Below are positions 14,511-22,203 of a DNA stretch of 32,000 nt, in pieces (the first letter of the stretch is position 1; every line of letters starts with the position of its first letter). The stretch lies in the NCBI RefSeq assembly GCF_000018465.1, contig NC_010085.1, forward strand, positions 1,230,001 through 1,262,000, written 5' to 3'. A program made the position numbers and the translations under genes. Below the pieces are notes generated by a model. That model was given only the letters and a program-made list of their open reading frames with translations. It ran no database searches and was not told the origin of the DNA. This DNA comes from Nitrosopumilus maritimus SCM1. GTDB taxonomy: Archaea > Thermoproteota > Nitrososphaeria > Nitrososphaerales > Nitrosopumilaceae.

Positions 14511-15893
14511 TTATTGCGTCAGGTATTCAATCATGGCATTGCAATGATCATCCATGAATGCATCAAGATTTCCAAGTTTGCCTTCCCATTGTTCAATGGT
14601 AAGTGTTGTACAAACATCCAATGCTTCAGAATCAACAGAATCTAGTCCCAGTTGTGCGTTATCCATGACGCTTTGTGTAAACTGTTTGTTTGTTTTGATG
14701 TGGTCTTTTGTTGCAAGAAGATTTGTGTGACCTGAAATCAAAACCTCAAAATCATAATTTTGTAATGTGTCATGTGTATCCAAGTAAAGATCAATATCAG
14801 GAGTAACTCCAAATGCACGATATGGGGACTCTGCAGGACGCAAAAGGTCAACTAGCATTGCAACCTTATAGTTAGGAAGTAGAATTAACAAATTACCTTT
14901 GGAATGAAAGTCACCAAGATTGTAAAACTCGATAGTTTTGTTGCCAATTTCAAGAGTGTTAAAGTCTCCTTCTAGGATTTGAGTTGGAATAGGCCTGTCA
15001 GGATTATTTTCAGATTTTAATTCATCTGCAGCATCTTTGTGTGATATGTATGTAATATCTTGGGAAAATATTTCTCCAGCTGCACCAGTGTGGTCTTGAT
15101 GATGATGCGAGTAGATCATATGAGTAATGGGTTCATCAGTTACCTCATCTATTGCACTAAGATACTTTTCGCCTATAGGTTGCGGTGCATCAACTGCAAC
15201 AACTCCTTGTCCGGTAGTTAGAAACATTGTCTGGTAGCCACTTCCAACTAGCCAGTATACACCATCAGCAATTTCTAGAACAGCATATCCCTTATCAGGA
15301 TCAGTTTGAATAGGAACCAGAGTGTGTTGTAACACAGTTTCATCTAATTCAAATTCCGTTGGAATTACATCAGAACATTCTCCTGCATGTTTGACTGCAA
15401 CGTGACTTGAGTCTATGGCACATTTGTTGCCATATGTCTTTCCGTCAATTCCACATACGGGGGCATATTCTAGTGTACATGCAATTACAGGATACTGTGT
15501 TTGCCATCCGCGTTGTTCAAGTTTATCTGCAGAATCAGGAGTGACACATGCAGGGGAGGCGTCACGAGACTTGAAGATCAGATTCAATCCTTCTGCACAT
15601 ATTACATCAGAAGCTGCAATTCCAGCATTTCCTTGCTGAGTGGGTCTAAGGTATGGTTGTTTGACACCATCCATCACACAAACCTTTCCAGCATAGACAC
15701 TTGGACCGCATCTGTCATTTAGTACACAGAGGTCCCCAAGAGATGCAAATCCTGGTGCACATACATTGTTGTATGGAATATGTTTTTCATGTATCCTGAC
15801 ATCATCTGCATACGAATACGACACAAGAGAAACCGCCAATACAGCAACCAAACTAAATAGTGAAAAGCTAAATACCAAAAAATTATTTTTCAT
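14511..15893 (-). CDS. secreted Cys-rich protein with a Kazal-type domain and a metallo-beta-lactamase fold domain
   Basis: I prefer ATG 15893 ([29 protein letters not shown] signal peptide). Kazal consensus [35 protein letters not shown] (15375-15479). MBL motif [12 protein letters not shown], with LISGHTN later. Confidence 0.8.
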   Translation of the reverse strand: MKNNFLVFSFSLFSLVAVLAVSLVSYSYADDVRIHEKHIPYNNVCAPGFASLGDLCVLNDRCGPSVYAGKVCVMDGVKQPYLRPTQQGNAGIAASDVICAEGLNLIFKSRDASPACVTPDSADKLEQRGWQTQYPVIACTLEYAPVCGIDGKTYGNKCAIDSSHVAVKHAGECSDVIPTEFELDETVLQHTLVPIQTDPDKGYAVLEIADGVYWLVGSGYQTMFLTTGQGVVAVDAPQPIGEKYLSAIDEVTDEPITHMIYSHHHQDHTGAAGEIFSQDITYISHKDAADELKSENNPDRPIPTQILEGDFNTLEIGNKTIEFYNLGDFHSKGNLLILLPNYKVAMLVDLLRPAESPYRAFGVTPDIDLYLDTHDTLQNYDFEVLISGHTNLLATKDHIKTNKQFTQSVMDNAQLGLDSVDSEALDVCTTLTIEQWEGKLGNLDAFMDDHCNAMIEYLTQ

Positions 15894-16065
15894 GTATTTT
15901 TGGAATTTGTCATATCTTTTATTGTTTTTTGCCACAGCAGTATCTTGCATGAGATACGACAGAAGAGAATTAAGATATACGTTTGTCAACTGTAGAAATT
16001 ACCAGTAATTATTACATCGTCTGATGACAAGTTTGTGGCAGGAATTCTGCCCATCAATATTTCAT

Positions 16066-16743
16066 TTATCTATTTTTTCTAGACTTTAATGCAACTTCAA
16101 TTCCAAGCCCGATTACAACTATTGCAAGGACCACAATCACAGACAAGAAAACATCAACTGCCACATCTCCTGTCATTACAGCAGAATCTGCTCCAGAAGA
16201 TTCCATGTTTCCTGCAGGTACCCGTGCAGTCATTTCTGAATCCGCACTTCTTGACATGAACGGTGCAGATGATGGAGCAGGCTGGCTTGGACTAGAAACT
16301 GTTGATGTCTTTTGCATGAATTGTGATGTGAACCACGCAGCAACAGACACTCCGCCAAGTGTAGCCAGTCTGTGAATTCTGTTAAATGAGTTAAACAAAG
16401 ATTTGCTCTTTTTTGCGGGCTGGGACATTGCGTTTGGAAGTATTACAAGTGCGACTTTGTCAACAATGTAGAACTTCATGTCGTGTGATTTTGAATTTTT
16501 TCCCACGTTTGTTATTTTTACCACTCCAACTGACTGCATTTTTTTTAAATGGTGTATTACAAGCGGCAAGGACAGTTCTGTTTTTTGTGCAAGCTGATTT
16601 GCAGTAAAGGATTGATTAAACAATAATTGCAGTATTTTTCTGCTAGAATCAGATGATAGTATTTCTCCGATAACTTTTAGTCTGTCGTCTTCTGTTGATA
16701 TAATGTCAACCTTGTCAGAAATGTTTGGTTCATCGGAATCCAT
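16066..16743 (-). CDS. membrane-tethered ArsR-like wHTH regulator
   Basis: 225 aa. SRKILQLLFNQSFTANQLAQKTELSLPLVIHHLKKMQSVGVVKI wHTH, a Ser/Pro/Ala-rich linker, and a C-terminal TM (VFLSVIVVLAIVVIGLGIEVAL). Confidence 0.7.
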   Translation of the reverse strand: MDSDEPNISDKVDIISTEDDRLKVIGEILSSDSSRKILQLLFNQSFTANQLAQKTELSLPLVIHHLKKMQSVGVVKITNVGKNSKSHDMKFYIVDKVALVILPNAMSQPAKKSKSLFNSFNRIHRLATLGGVSVAAWFTSQFMQKTSTVSSPSQPAPSSAPFMSRSADSEMTARVPAGNMESSGADSAVMTGDVAVDVFLSVIVVLAIVVIGLGIEVALKSRKNR

Positions 16744-16834
16744 AAAAAAAGTGTGGGCACTAGTGTATTATTAAGACTTCTTGTTAAATCCAAATTTAAT
16801 CAAACGTTATAATCAAAATTCACCCACACACATC

Positions 16835-17611
16835 ATGAATAAAAAACAACTAACAGTTGTAATGCTTTCTGTATTGGTAGTTGCAGTGTCTGCAACTGCC
16901 GTATCATCAGAGGCAGATGCACAAAAGCCAACATCAATGCTATCTTTTGAAAAAACCATTGACGTTGTAGGAATAGGAATGATTTCCACAGATCCTGATC
17001 TTCTAACAATTCGATTGGGACTGGAGACCAAAGGCGATACTGCAAATGATGCACTGACTGCAAATTCTGCCCAGATGAGCAAAATACTACAGGCCTTAAA
17101 GAGCGTGGGCATTTCTGAATCAGAAATCAGCACGTCATCACTAAACATTCGTCCACAGTACGAATACGTTTACGATGAAACACGTGACAGAGACACAAGA
17201 ACGCTTGTAGGATACGAGGCATCCAACATCGTCACAGTAGAGACAAAGAGTCTTGACTTGGCAGCATCAATCATTGACGCATCAGTTAATGCAGGCGCAA
17301 ACAAAGTAGACTCTGTTTACTATTCACTGTCTACTGAAACCCAGATGAGTCTCAAAGACCAGCTTCTTGAGCAGGCCGTAATCAATGCACAGGAAAAGGC
17401 CAAAAATGTATTAGCTCCACTTGACCAGAAAATAATTGGTGTAAAGAGCATCTCTGTTTCTGAATTTGGAATTCCAACACCATATCCAGTATTTAGCGGC
17501 AGCAATATGGTCTTTGATGCAGCAATGAAGAGCAGTTCAACACAGCTGTTCTCATCAGAACAAGATGTCACAGCATCAGTTCACGTTGTCTTCCACATAG
17601 GAAGCAACTAA
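16835..17611 (+). CDS. SIMPL/DUF541-family secreted protein
   Basis: ATG 16835 gives MNKKQLTVVMLSVLVVAVSATAV (signal). STDPDLLTIRLGLETKGDTANDALTANSAQMSKILQALKSVGISESEISTSSLNIRPQYEY is the typical DUF541 pattern. Confidence 0.75.
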   Translation: MNKKQLTVVMLSVLVVAVSATAVSSEADAQKPTSMLSFEKTIDVVGIGMISTDPDLLTIRLGLETKGDTANDALTANSAQMSKILQALKSVGISESEISTSSLNIRPQYEYVYDETRDRDTRTLVGYEASNIVTVETKSLDLAASIIDASVNAGANKVDSVYYSLSTETQMSLKDQLLEQAVINAQEKAKNVLAPLDQKIIGVKSISVSEFGIPTPYPVFSGSNMVFDAAMKSSSTQLFSSEQDVTASVHVVFHIGSN

Positions 17612-17641
17612 TTTTTTCTTTTTTGTTGAATCGCATAATGG

Positions 17642-17680
17642 TTCACAGATCAATAATTGTTTTATGAATATTGGTCTGAA
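17642..17680. repeat. conserved intergenic hairpin element, copy A
   Basis: TTCA(CA)GATCAATAATTG[TTTTA]TGAATATTGGTCTGAA. The conserved flank continues as TCCCATTAG. Confidence 0.6.
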
Positions 17681-17713
17681 TCCCATTAGATTGAACTGTT
17701 TTTAGGAATAAAA

Positions 17714-17821
17714 TTAATTTTCATTTTCAAGTATCTTTTCTACTTCTTTTCTATGAGTGGTGCAGTATAGCCCCGATTCTTTACACTTTGGACATTGTAG
17801 ATACTTGTAATAATCAATCAT
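17714..17821 (-). CDS. 35-aa Cys/His peptide (possible zinc finger)
   Basis: MIDYYKYLQCPKCKESGLYCTTHRKEVEKILENEN. CxxC ... CxxH. Confidence 0.3.
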   Translation of the reverse strand: MIDYYKYLQCPKCKESGLYCTTHRKEVEKILENEN

Positions 17822-17959
17822 ACAAAAAACCATAATTCGTCAATTAAAAGATATTTCGATGTAATCATACTAGTAGAAGTATGGAGTCTTATTTTGGGAG
17901 GAAAAGAATTCAAAAAAAATCACATCCATTTTTGTACAAAAAATAAAAAAATCTTTCAA

Positions 17960-18259
17960 TTATTTTGATAAAACTGAAAGAATAGGCATTGCATCCCACT
18001 GATACATGTGATGTACTAGAACTCCATCACATTCTTTGGAATATTCCGCATAGAATTTTTTTGCATCTTGTTCTGTTGCTTCAAAAACTGCCATACTGCT
18101 TGGCTGGTTGTTAAAAGAACCAGACCACATTGTGCCCTTTGATGACTGCCAGTCATCCACCAGTGATATGATTTTTGGTCTAATTCTCTCAATGTCTTTC
18201 TCTGAGGCATCATCTCCAATTGAGCTTACTATAACCCATGGTTTTAGTTGATCATACAT
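17960..18259 (-). CDS. hypothetical cytoplasmic protein, 99 aa
   Basis: Clean ORF with an ATG start. No recognisable motif. Confidence 0.55.
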   Translation of the reverse strand: MYDQLKPWVIVSSIGDDASEKDIERIRPKIISLVDDWQSSKGTMWSGSFNNQPSSMAVFEATEQDAKKFYAEYSKECDGVLVHHMYQWDAMPILSVLSK

Positions 18260-18623
18260 GATACACCATATGCAAATTTGAAATTAAAGATAGAGATGAT
18301 TGTAATGGTATGATACAGTTTGTTATGTCAAAACTCTAGAATAGAAAAAGAAAATAATCATCTATTTTATTACAATTACTATACATCAAAACATGTTCAA
18401 ACCATGTTTTCTTACCCTGACACTTTTTTGCAAGCAAGGTTTGATCCAGAGAAAGCATTAACACAATTCAAGGTTCATCCACATGGAAGTTGCTATTGGC
18501 ATAACTTCGAGTAAACTGTGTTAATGTTTTCTTTGTTAAAATCAAATTTCATTTTGCAGTCATATTCTAGAGAATTGGAATGTCTAGTTTTTTTATATCT
18601 GATTTATTTTTGCTCAAGTTTGG

Positions 18624-18965
18624 ATGGCAAAAAAAATAACACCATTACTTGTAGAAAAATACGATATTTCTCACAAAATTTTCAGTGAACTTGCAAACTT
18701 GGAATCAAGACACATTTTGTTTGCAATTATAAAAAAGCCAAAACGTGCTCAGGATATTTCAAAGGAGACAAAAATCCCACTAAGCTCAGTATACAATAGA
18801 ATATCCAGTCTCAAAGAATGCTCACTAATGTATGAAAAATCAGATTTCGCAGACAATGGACATGTTGTTACACTATATCAGAGCTTGATCAAGGACGCAG
18901 AGATAAACGTCGCAAAACTGGAACCGACAATCGCGTTGACTAAAAATCAAAGTGTAAAAAAATGA
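18624..18965 (+). CDS. small wHTH (ArsR-like) regulator, 113 aa
   Basis: LESRHILFAIIKKPKRAQDISKETKIPLSSVYNRISSLKECSLM. Confidence 0.65.
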   Translation: MAKKITPLLVEKYDISHKIFSELANLESRHILFAIIKKPKRAQDISKETKIPLSSVYNRISSLKECSLMYEKSDFADNGHVVTLYQSLIKDAEINVAKLEPTIALTKNQSVKK

Positions 18966-19078
18966 GCAAGTTAACATCTTTGAAAATCTGTGTTTTGTGT
19001 GGGAGCATCTACACAATATATCCAATGACAAAGTCAAGGGATTCCTGTCCCAAATGCAAAGGTCTTTTGGTGCCATAG
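18962..19078 (+). CDS. 38-aa zinc-ribbon protein
   Basis: ATGA overlap with the wHTH gene stop. MSKLTSLKICVLCGSIYTIYPMTKSRDSCPKCKGLLVP (CxxC ... CxxC). Confidence 0.5.
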   Translation: MSKLTSLKICVLCGSIYTIYPMTKSRDSCPKCKGLLVP

Positions 19079-19079
19079 A

Positions 19080-19250
19080 ATGGCATGTAGGGGAATTTGT
19101 GAGAGATTTCGCTCAGAGACCAAGAGGTACAAGATTGGCGTGAAGAGATGTACTTCTTGTGACACATATCTTGAATATGATGGAGTTCAATGTCCTTGTT
19201 GCAGAACACATCTGCGTGCTAAAAGAAAAACCAAAGGATACAGAACTTGA
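19080..19250 (+). CDS. 56-aa Cys-rich zinc-ribbon protein
   Basis: Starts 1 nt after the previous stop. MACRGICERFRSETKRYKIGVKRCTSCDTYLEYDGVQCPCCRTHLRAKRKTKGYRT. Paralogue of 13963-14190. Confidence 0.55.
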   Translation: MACRGICERFRSETKRYKIGVKRCTSCDTYLEYDGVQCPCCRTHLRAKRKTKGYRT

Positions 19251-19341
19251 ATGGAGTTTGTTATGGGTTTGAATTTCTCATTTCCATACATGTTGTATCT
19301 CAAAAAAAGTCCCAATCAGATGTGAAAAGATCCAGTTTGAT

Positions 19342-20667
19342 TTAGTTACGGGGCGTGTAATACTGATATTCATCATCATCTACTTTTTCAGGAACATAAT
19401 TTTCAATAAACAAGACCATCTCTATTGAGGATGAGTCTGTGGGCACTTTGAAAATATAATCGGTGTGGTGTTGAGGATATGGCGCATCAGGTGCCCTGAT
19501 GAATGGTTGTTCTTTGTAATCTACCTCTATTCCATCAACTAGAATTAATACGCTTAACAGATCACCCTGATTCCAGTCATTAGGCCCGTACATCATATAG
19601 TAATTTCCGCCATTTTCTGGCACCCTGATTTTTGCAAAAGTATCATAAGCGGTTGGCTCAAAATTCCAAATCGTATTACTGTCCTCGGGCACAAACTCTA
19701 TGAGGTTTATCGTAAATGGTGCTGAATATTCAAAGATGTTGTAACGCATCGTTTCAGGAAACATGTAGTTTCTCTCCAAGAGTTTTTCAATTGAGTTTTG
19801 CTTTAAGAATACAGTCTCCATTCTGAGATTTTTCCATGCTTGCAGGTCTGGAGGAACGTCTGATTTTTGATTAACTTTGATTGAATGTATCTTTGCATCA
19901 TCTCCCATTGCACATAAAGGGGACAATTTGTCATCCAAGTGAAAATCTGTCAGAACATTATTTTTCAGCGAGCCTCCAAAATATTTCAGACCAGCCTTTG
20001 GCTTTTGAAATTCACCACAAAAAGAAACAACATTCTCGCCATAATCAAAGTTAAACTTTCCAACCGTAAACTCTTGGTTGTTGAGATTTGGATTTCCTCT
20101 TAACTCATGTTTTATGGCAGCAGCCACAAAGGCTTCTTGATCATCAGCAAAGTATGATTTTTCTTCAAGAAATATTGCAGCTACTTGTTGTTTTAGTGGA
20201 CCAAAACACCATCCATAGTTGGATTCATCAACCACATGTCCGTGAATTGATTCTGGAGTTGGAGTTTCAGTAAATATCTTGGTGTATTGGATGTCTGTAC
20301 TGTTAATTGCAGCTTCCAACCAATACACTTGATTATCGGCATAATCAATTACATATCCGCAGTTGTAACTTGACTCTTGGTATATTGCACGTTGTGGACC
20401 ACGATTAAGCACAATGTCTTCAACAGAAATATACACATCATGCTCTATTCTCAGATTCTTTTGAAAAATTTCAGGCATTATTTTTGCAATCAACAAGTCA
20501 TAGTCTATTTTCCCATCATGAGTAAATGAGACATTGTAATTTTCAGTATAGGGTACATAGTCTCTTCCAGAAGAACTGAATTCCTGAGATTGGGCATATG
20601 CCAGAGTAAATACGCCCAGTCCCAAAGCAATACATGTAATTATCAAGAATTTAGTTTTCATTTTCAT
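19342..20667 (-). CDS. secreted hypothetical protein, about 441 aa
   Basis: I prefer Met47 of the track ORF (ATG 20667; MKMKTKFLIITCIALGLGVFTLAYA signal peptide). No domain recognised. Confidence 0.7.
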   Translation of the reverse strand: MKMKTKFLIITCIALGLGVFTLAYAQSQEFSSSGRDYVPYTENYNVSFTHDGKIDYDLLIAKIMPEIFQKNLRIEHDVYISVEDIVLNRGPQRAIYQESSYNCGYVIDYADNQVYWLEAAINSTDIQYTKIFTETPTPESIHGHVVDESNYGWCFGPLKQQVAAIFLEEKSYFADDQEAFVAAAIKHELRGNPNLNNQEFTVGKFNFDYGENVVSFCGEFQKPKAGLKYFGGSLKNNVLTDFHLDDKLSPLCAMGDDAKIHSIKVNQKSDVPPDLQAWKNLRMETVFLKQNSIEKLLERNYMFPETMRYNIFEYSAPFTINLIEFVPEDSNTIWNFEPTAYDTFAKIRVPENGGNYYMMYGPNDWNQGDLLSVLILVDGIEVDYKEQPFIRAPDAPYPQHHTDYIFKVPTDSSSIEMVLFIENYVPEKVDDDEYQYYTPRN

Positions 20668-21124
20668 ATTCTTCCATTGTTTGCCATTCACACGAACTGT
20701 TGGTAATAATATGAGTGTCATTTGAATACATATATCCAATACTAGGTTGAATTCCAGTTGCATTACAACTGTCCAAAACTTTTTGGTATTGCAGCATGGC
20801 ATCAATATCTAAAATCAATTCAGATGGATTGTCAGGATGGGTTTTGTATATTGGCTTTTGATCTCCAAAATCATCTGAATGCACCCAACCCACACCAGGA
20901 TACAGTTTGTATCCAGCAGCTAATTTTGCATCTCTTTCTGCATTTGGAATTGTTAGACTGTCAGTTATCTTTGATTCAGATTCTACAACATAATTAGTAT
21001 CTAAAAACAAGTTCATTACACCATAAAATGCAAAGAGAATCAAGACGGCAATACCAACATTTCTTGCAAATTTTTTCTTGTATCCAGAACCAACAGGTGT
21101 GAAAAAATAATTGAAATTGTTCAT
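20651..21124 (-). CDS. membrane-anchored hypothetical protein, 157 aa
   Basis: N-terminal TM (NVGIAVLILFAFYGVMNLF). ATGA overlap with the upstream gene. 17-nt overlap with the next gene if that one starts at 20667. Confidence 0.6.
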   Translation of the reverse strand: MNNFNYFFTPVGSGYKKKFARNVGIAVLILFAFYGVMNLFLDTNYVVESESKITDSLTIPNAERDAKLAAGYKLYPGVGWVHSDDFGDQKPIYKTHPDNPSELILDIDAMLQYQKVLDSCNATGIQPSIGYMYSNDTHIITNSSCEWQTMEEYENEN

Positions 21125-21375
21125 TTTGTAAACTCCTCATACTCTATCTTCTCACCGCAGTAAGGGCAGTAATTCATTGAAAAAAATGCAATGTTGCCAT
21201 CAACACTCGTATCCTTAAAGTGAAATTTTGCCCACTTTACATTCCACAGCTGAAAGTGCTTGTCATGCTCCTTGAGTTGTTTGCAACACCACCATGTTCT
21301 GTGAGTATCTACATGAAATTCTGTGAATTTATCACAAGTAGGATCATCAAAGTGTCTGGTGAAAAATACTTTCAA
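21121..21375 (-). CDS. 84-aa Cys/His-rich cytoplasmic protein (C-terminal CPYC zinc knuckle)
   Basis: DPTCDKF, WWCCKQL and NYCPYCGEKI. First gene of a three-gene minus-strand operon. Confidence 0.55.
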   Translation of the reverse strand: MKVFFTRHFDDPTCDKFTEFHVDTHRTWWCCKQLKEHDKHFQLWNVKWAKFHFKDTSVDGNIAFFSMNYCPYCGEKIEYEEFTK

Positions 21376-21451
21376 TAATTCAAGCTAAAAATATGAGGTT
21401 CATAAATACTTCTAATCTTTGTTTTGGACTCACTCTCTTATTTTTTATTGA

Positions 21452-21490
21452 TTCACAGACCAGTATTCGTTTTACGAGTATTGGTTTGAA
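21452..21490. repeat. conserved intergenic hairpin element, copy B
   Basis: TTCA(CA)GACCAGTATTCG[TTTTA]CGAGTATTGGTTTGAA. The same architecture as copy A, with pair-preserving substitutions. Flank TCCCTACAG. Confidence 0.6.
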
Positions 21491-21726
21491 TCCCTACAGT
21501 TCCAGATACTAAGTTGTAATAGTTTGAATCTTTTTTTGACACAAAATTTGATTCAATACAAATTATTTTGAGAAAAATTAATTTTGTTTATAAACAAAAG
21601 TGTGCGGCATCAAACTAAGTTCACAAAACCCGCCCCCGGCACACAATTTTAGAAAGTATTATGCATTTTTCATGTTGATTTTAAGATCTAATGTCTTTAA
21701 GGGTAAAAGTGGCATCATAATACAAA

Positions 21727-22203
21727 GTGAAGCAAAATGACAGAATTTTGATTATTGCAGGACTAGTTTCAGGAGTGATGGGTCTTATAGTAATGGTGGG
21801 ATTTATCGGACAAGGGAACATAAGACATGTTGAGATATTTTGGACTGAAAAAGTAGAACAAACAGTAGTATTCCAAGAGATTGATGGAGAAACACAAATT
21901 CAGGCAATCAAAGGAGTCAAAGGAGACAACAACCCAACATTGATTTCAAGAACAGCTTTTGCATATGTCCTTACTGTAATTAATAATGGAACAACACATC
22001 ACAGACTATACATTGATGGATTTAATGTTCAGACAGACTTGTTAGAACCAGGACAACAAGATACAATTACATTTTATCCAGAAAATGAAGGAGAGTTTAC
22101 CTATTATGACAAGAGACAACATCTAGAGCCATTAGGTAAGATCAAAATTTTCTCCGTAGTTCCAAGTGACGAGTTTACTGGAGTTTGGAAAGATTTAGTT
22201 TAG
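21727..22203 (+). CDS. membrane-anchored cupredoxin-like protein lacking the Cys ligand
   Basis: 158 aa, GTG start, N-terminal TM. VLTVINNGTTHHRLYIDGFNVQTDLLEPGQQDTITFYPENEGEFTYYDKRQHLEPLGKIKI follows the cupredoxin strand pattern, but has D where the Cu-binding C is expected. Confidence 0.5.
   Translation: MKQNDRILIIAGLVSGVMGLIVMVGFIGQGNIRHVEIFWTEKVEQTVVFQEIDGETQIQAIKGVKGDNNPTLISRTAFAYVLTVINNGTTHHRLYIDGFNVQTDLLEPGQQDTITFYPENEGEFTYYDKRQHLEPLGKIKIFSVVPSDEFTGVWKDLV

Noticed and set aside
18320-18514. 64-aa TTG-start ORF, and the inverted repeat GCATTAACACA / TGTGTTAATG (18445-18455 and 18517-18526) around it
   Set aside because: No motif, an odd composition (YYNYY) and arms ~60 nt apart. There is not enough evidence to call either a gene or an RNA.
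6568-20805. Long N-terminal extensions in the ORF track (6568-6633, 15894-15989, 16781-16834, 20668-20805, 4306-4329)
   Set aside because: In each case an internal ATG is followed immediately by a signal peptide or TM helix, or the extension starts at a non-ATG codon. In one case the extension overlaps the upstream gene.
14446-21500. GGT(T/C)TGAATCC cores of the hairpin elements, which look like a tRNA T-arm/T-loop (GGTTCGAATCC). Considered as tRNA fragments or att sites
   Set aside because: The flanks cannot form a T-stem, acceptor stem or anticodon arm. The core is instead part of a longer hairpin. No tRNA gene is visible anywhere in the window.
14440-21520. Micro-ORF reading of the hairpin elements (MNIGLNPIRLNCF, MCLNPKRLKLFCRLV, ...SIGLNPYSSRY)
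   Set aside because: The shared LNP string follows from the conserved nucleotides. The frames differ in start and length, and copy B has no nearby ATG. The pair-preserving substitutions fit an RNA or DNA structure better. Kept only as an alternative hypothesis.
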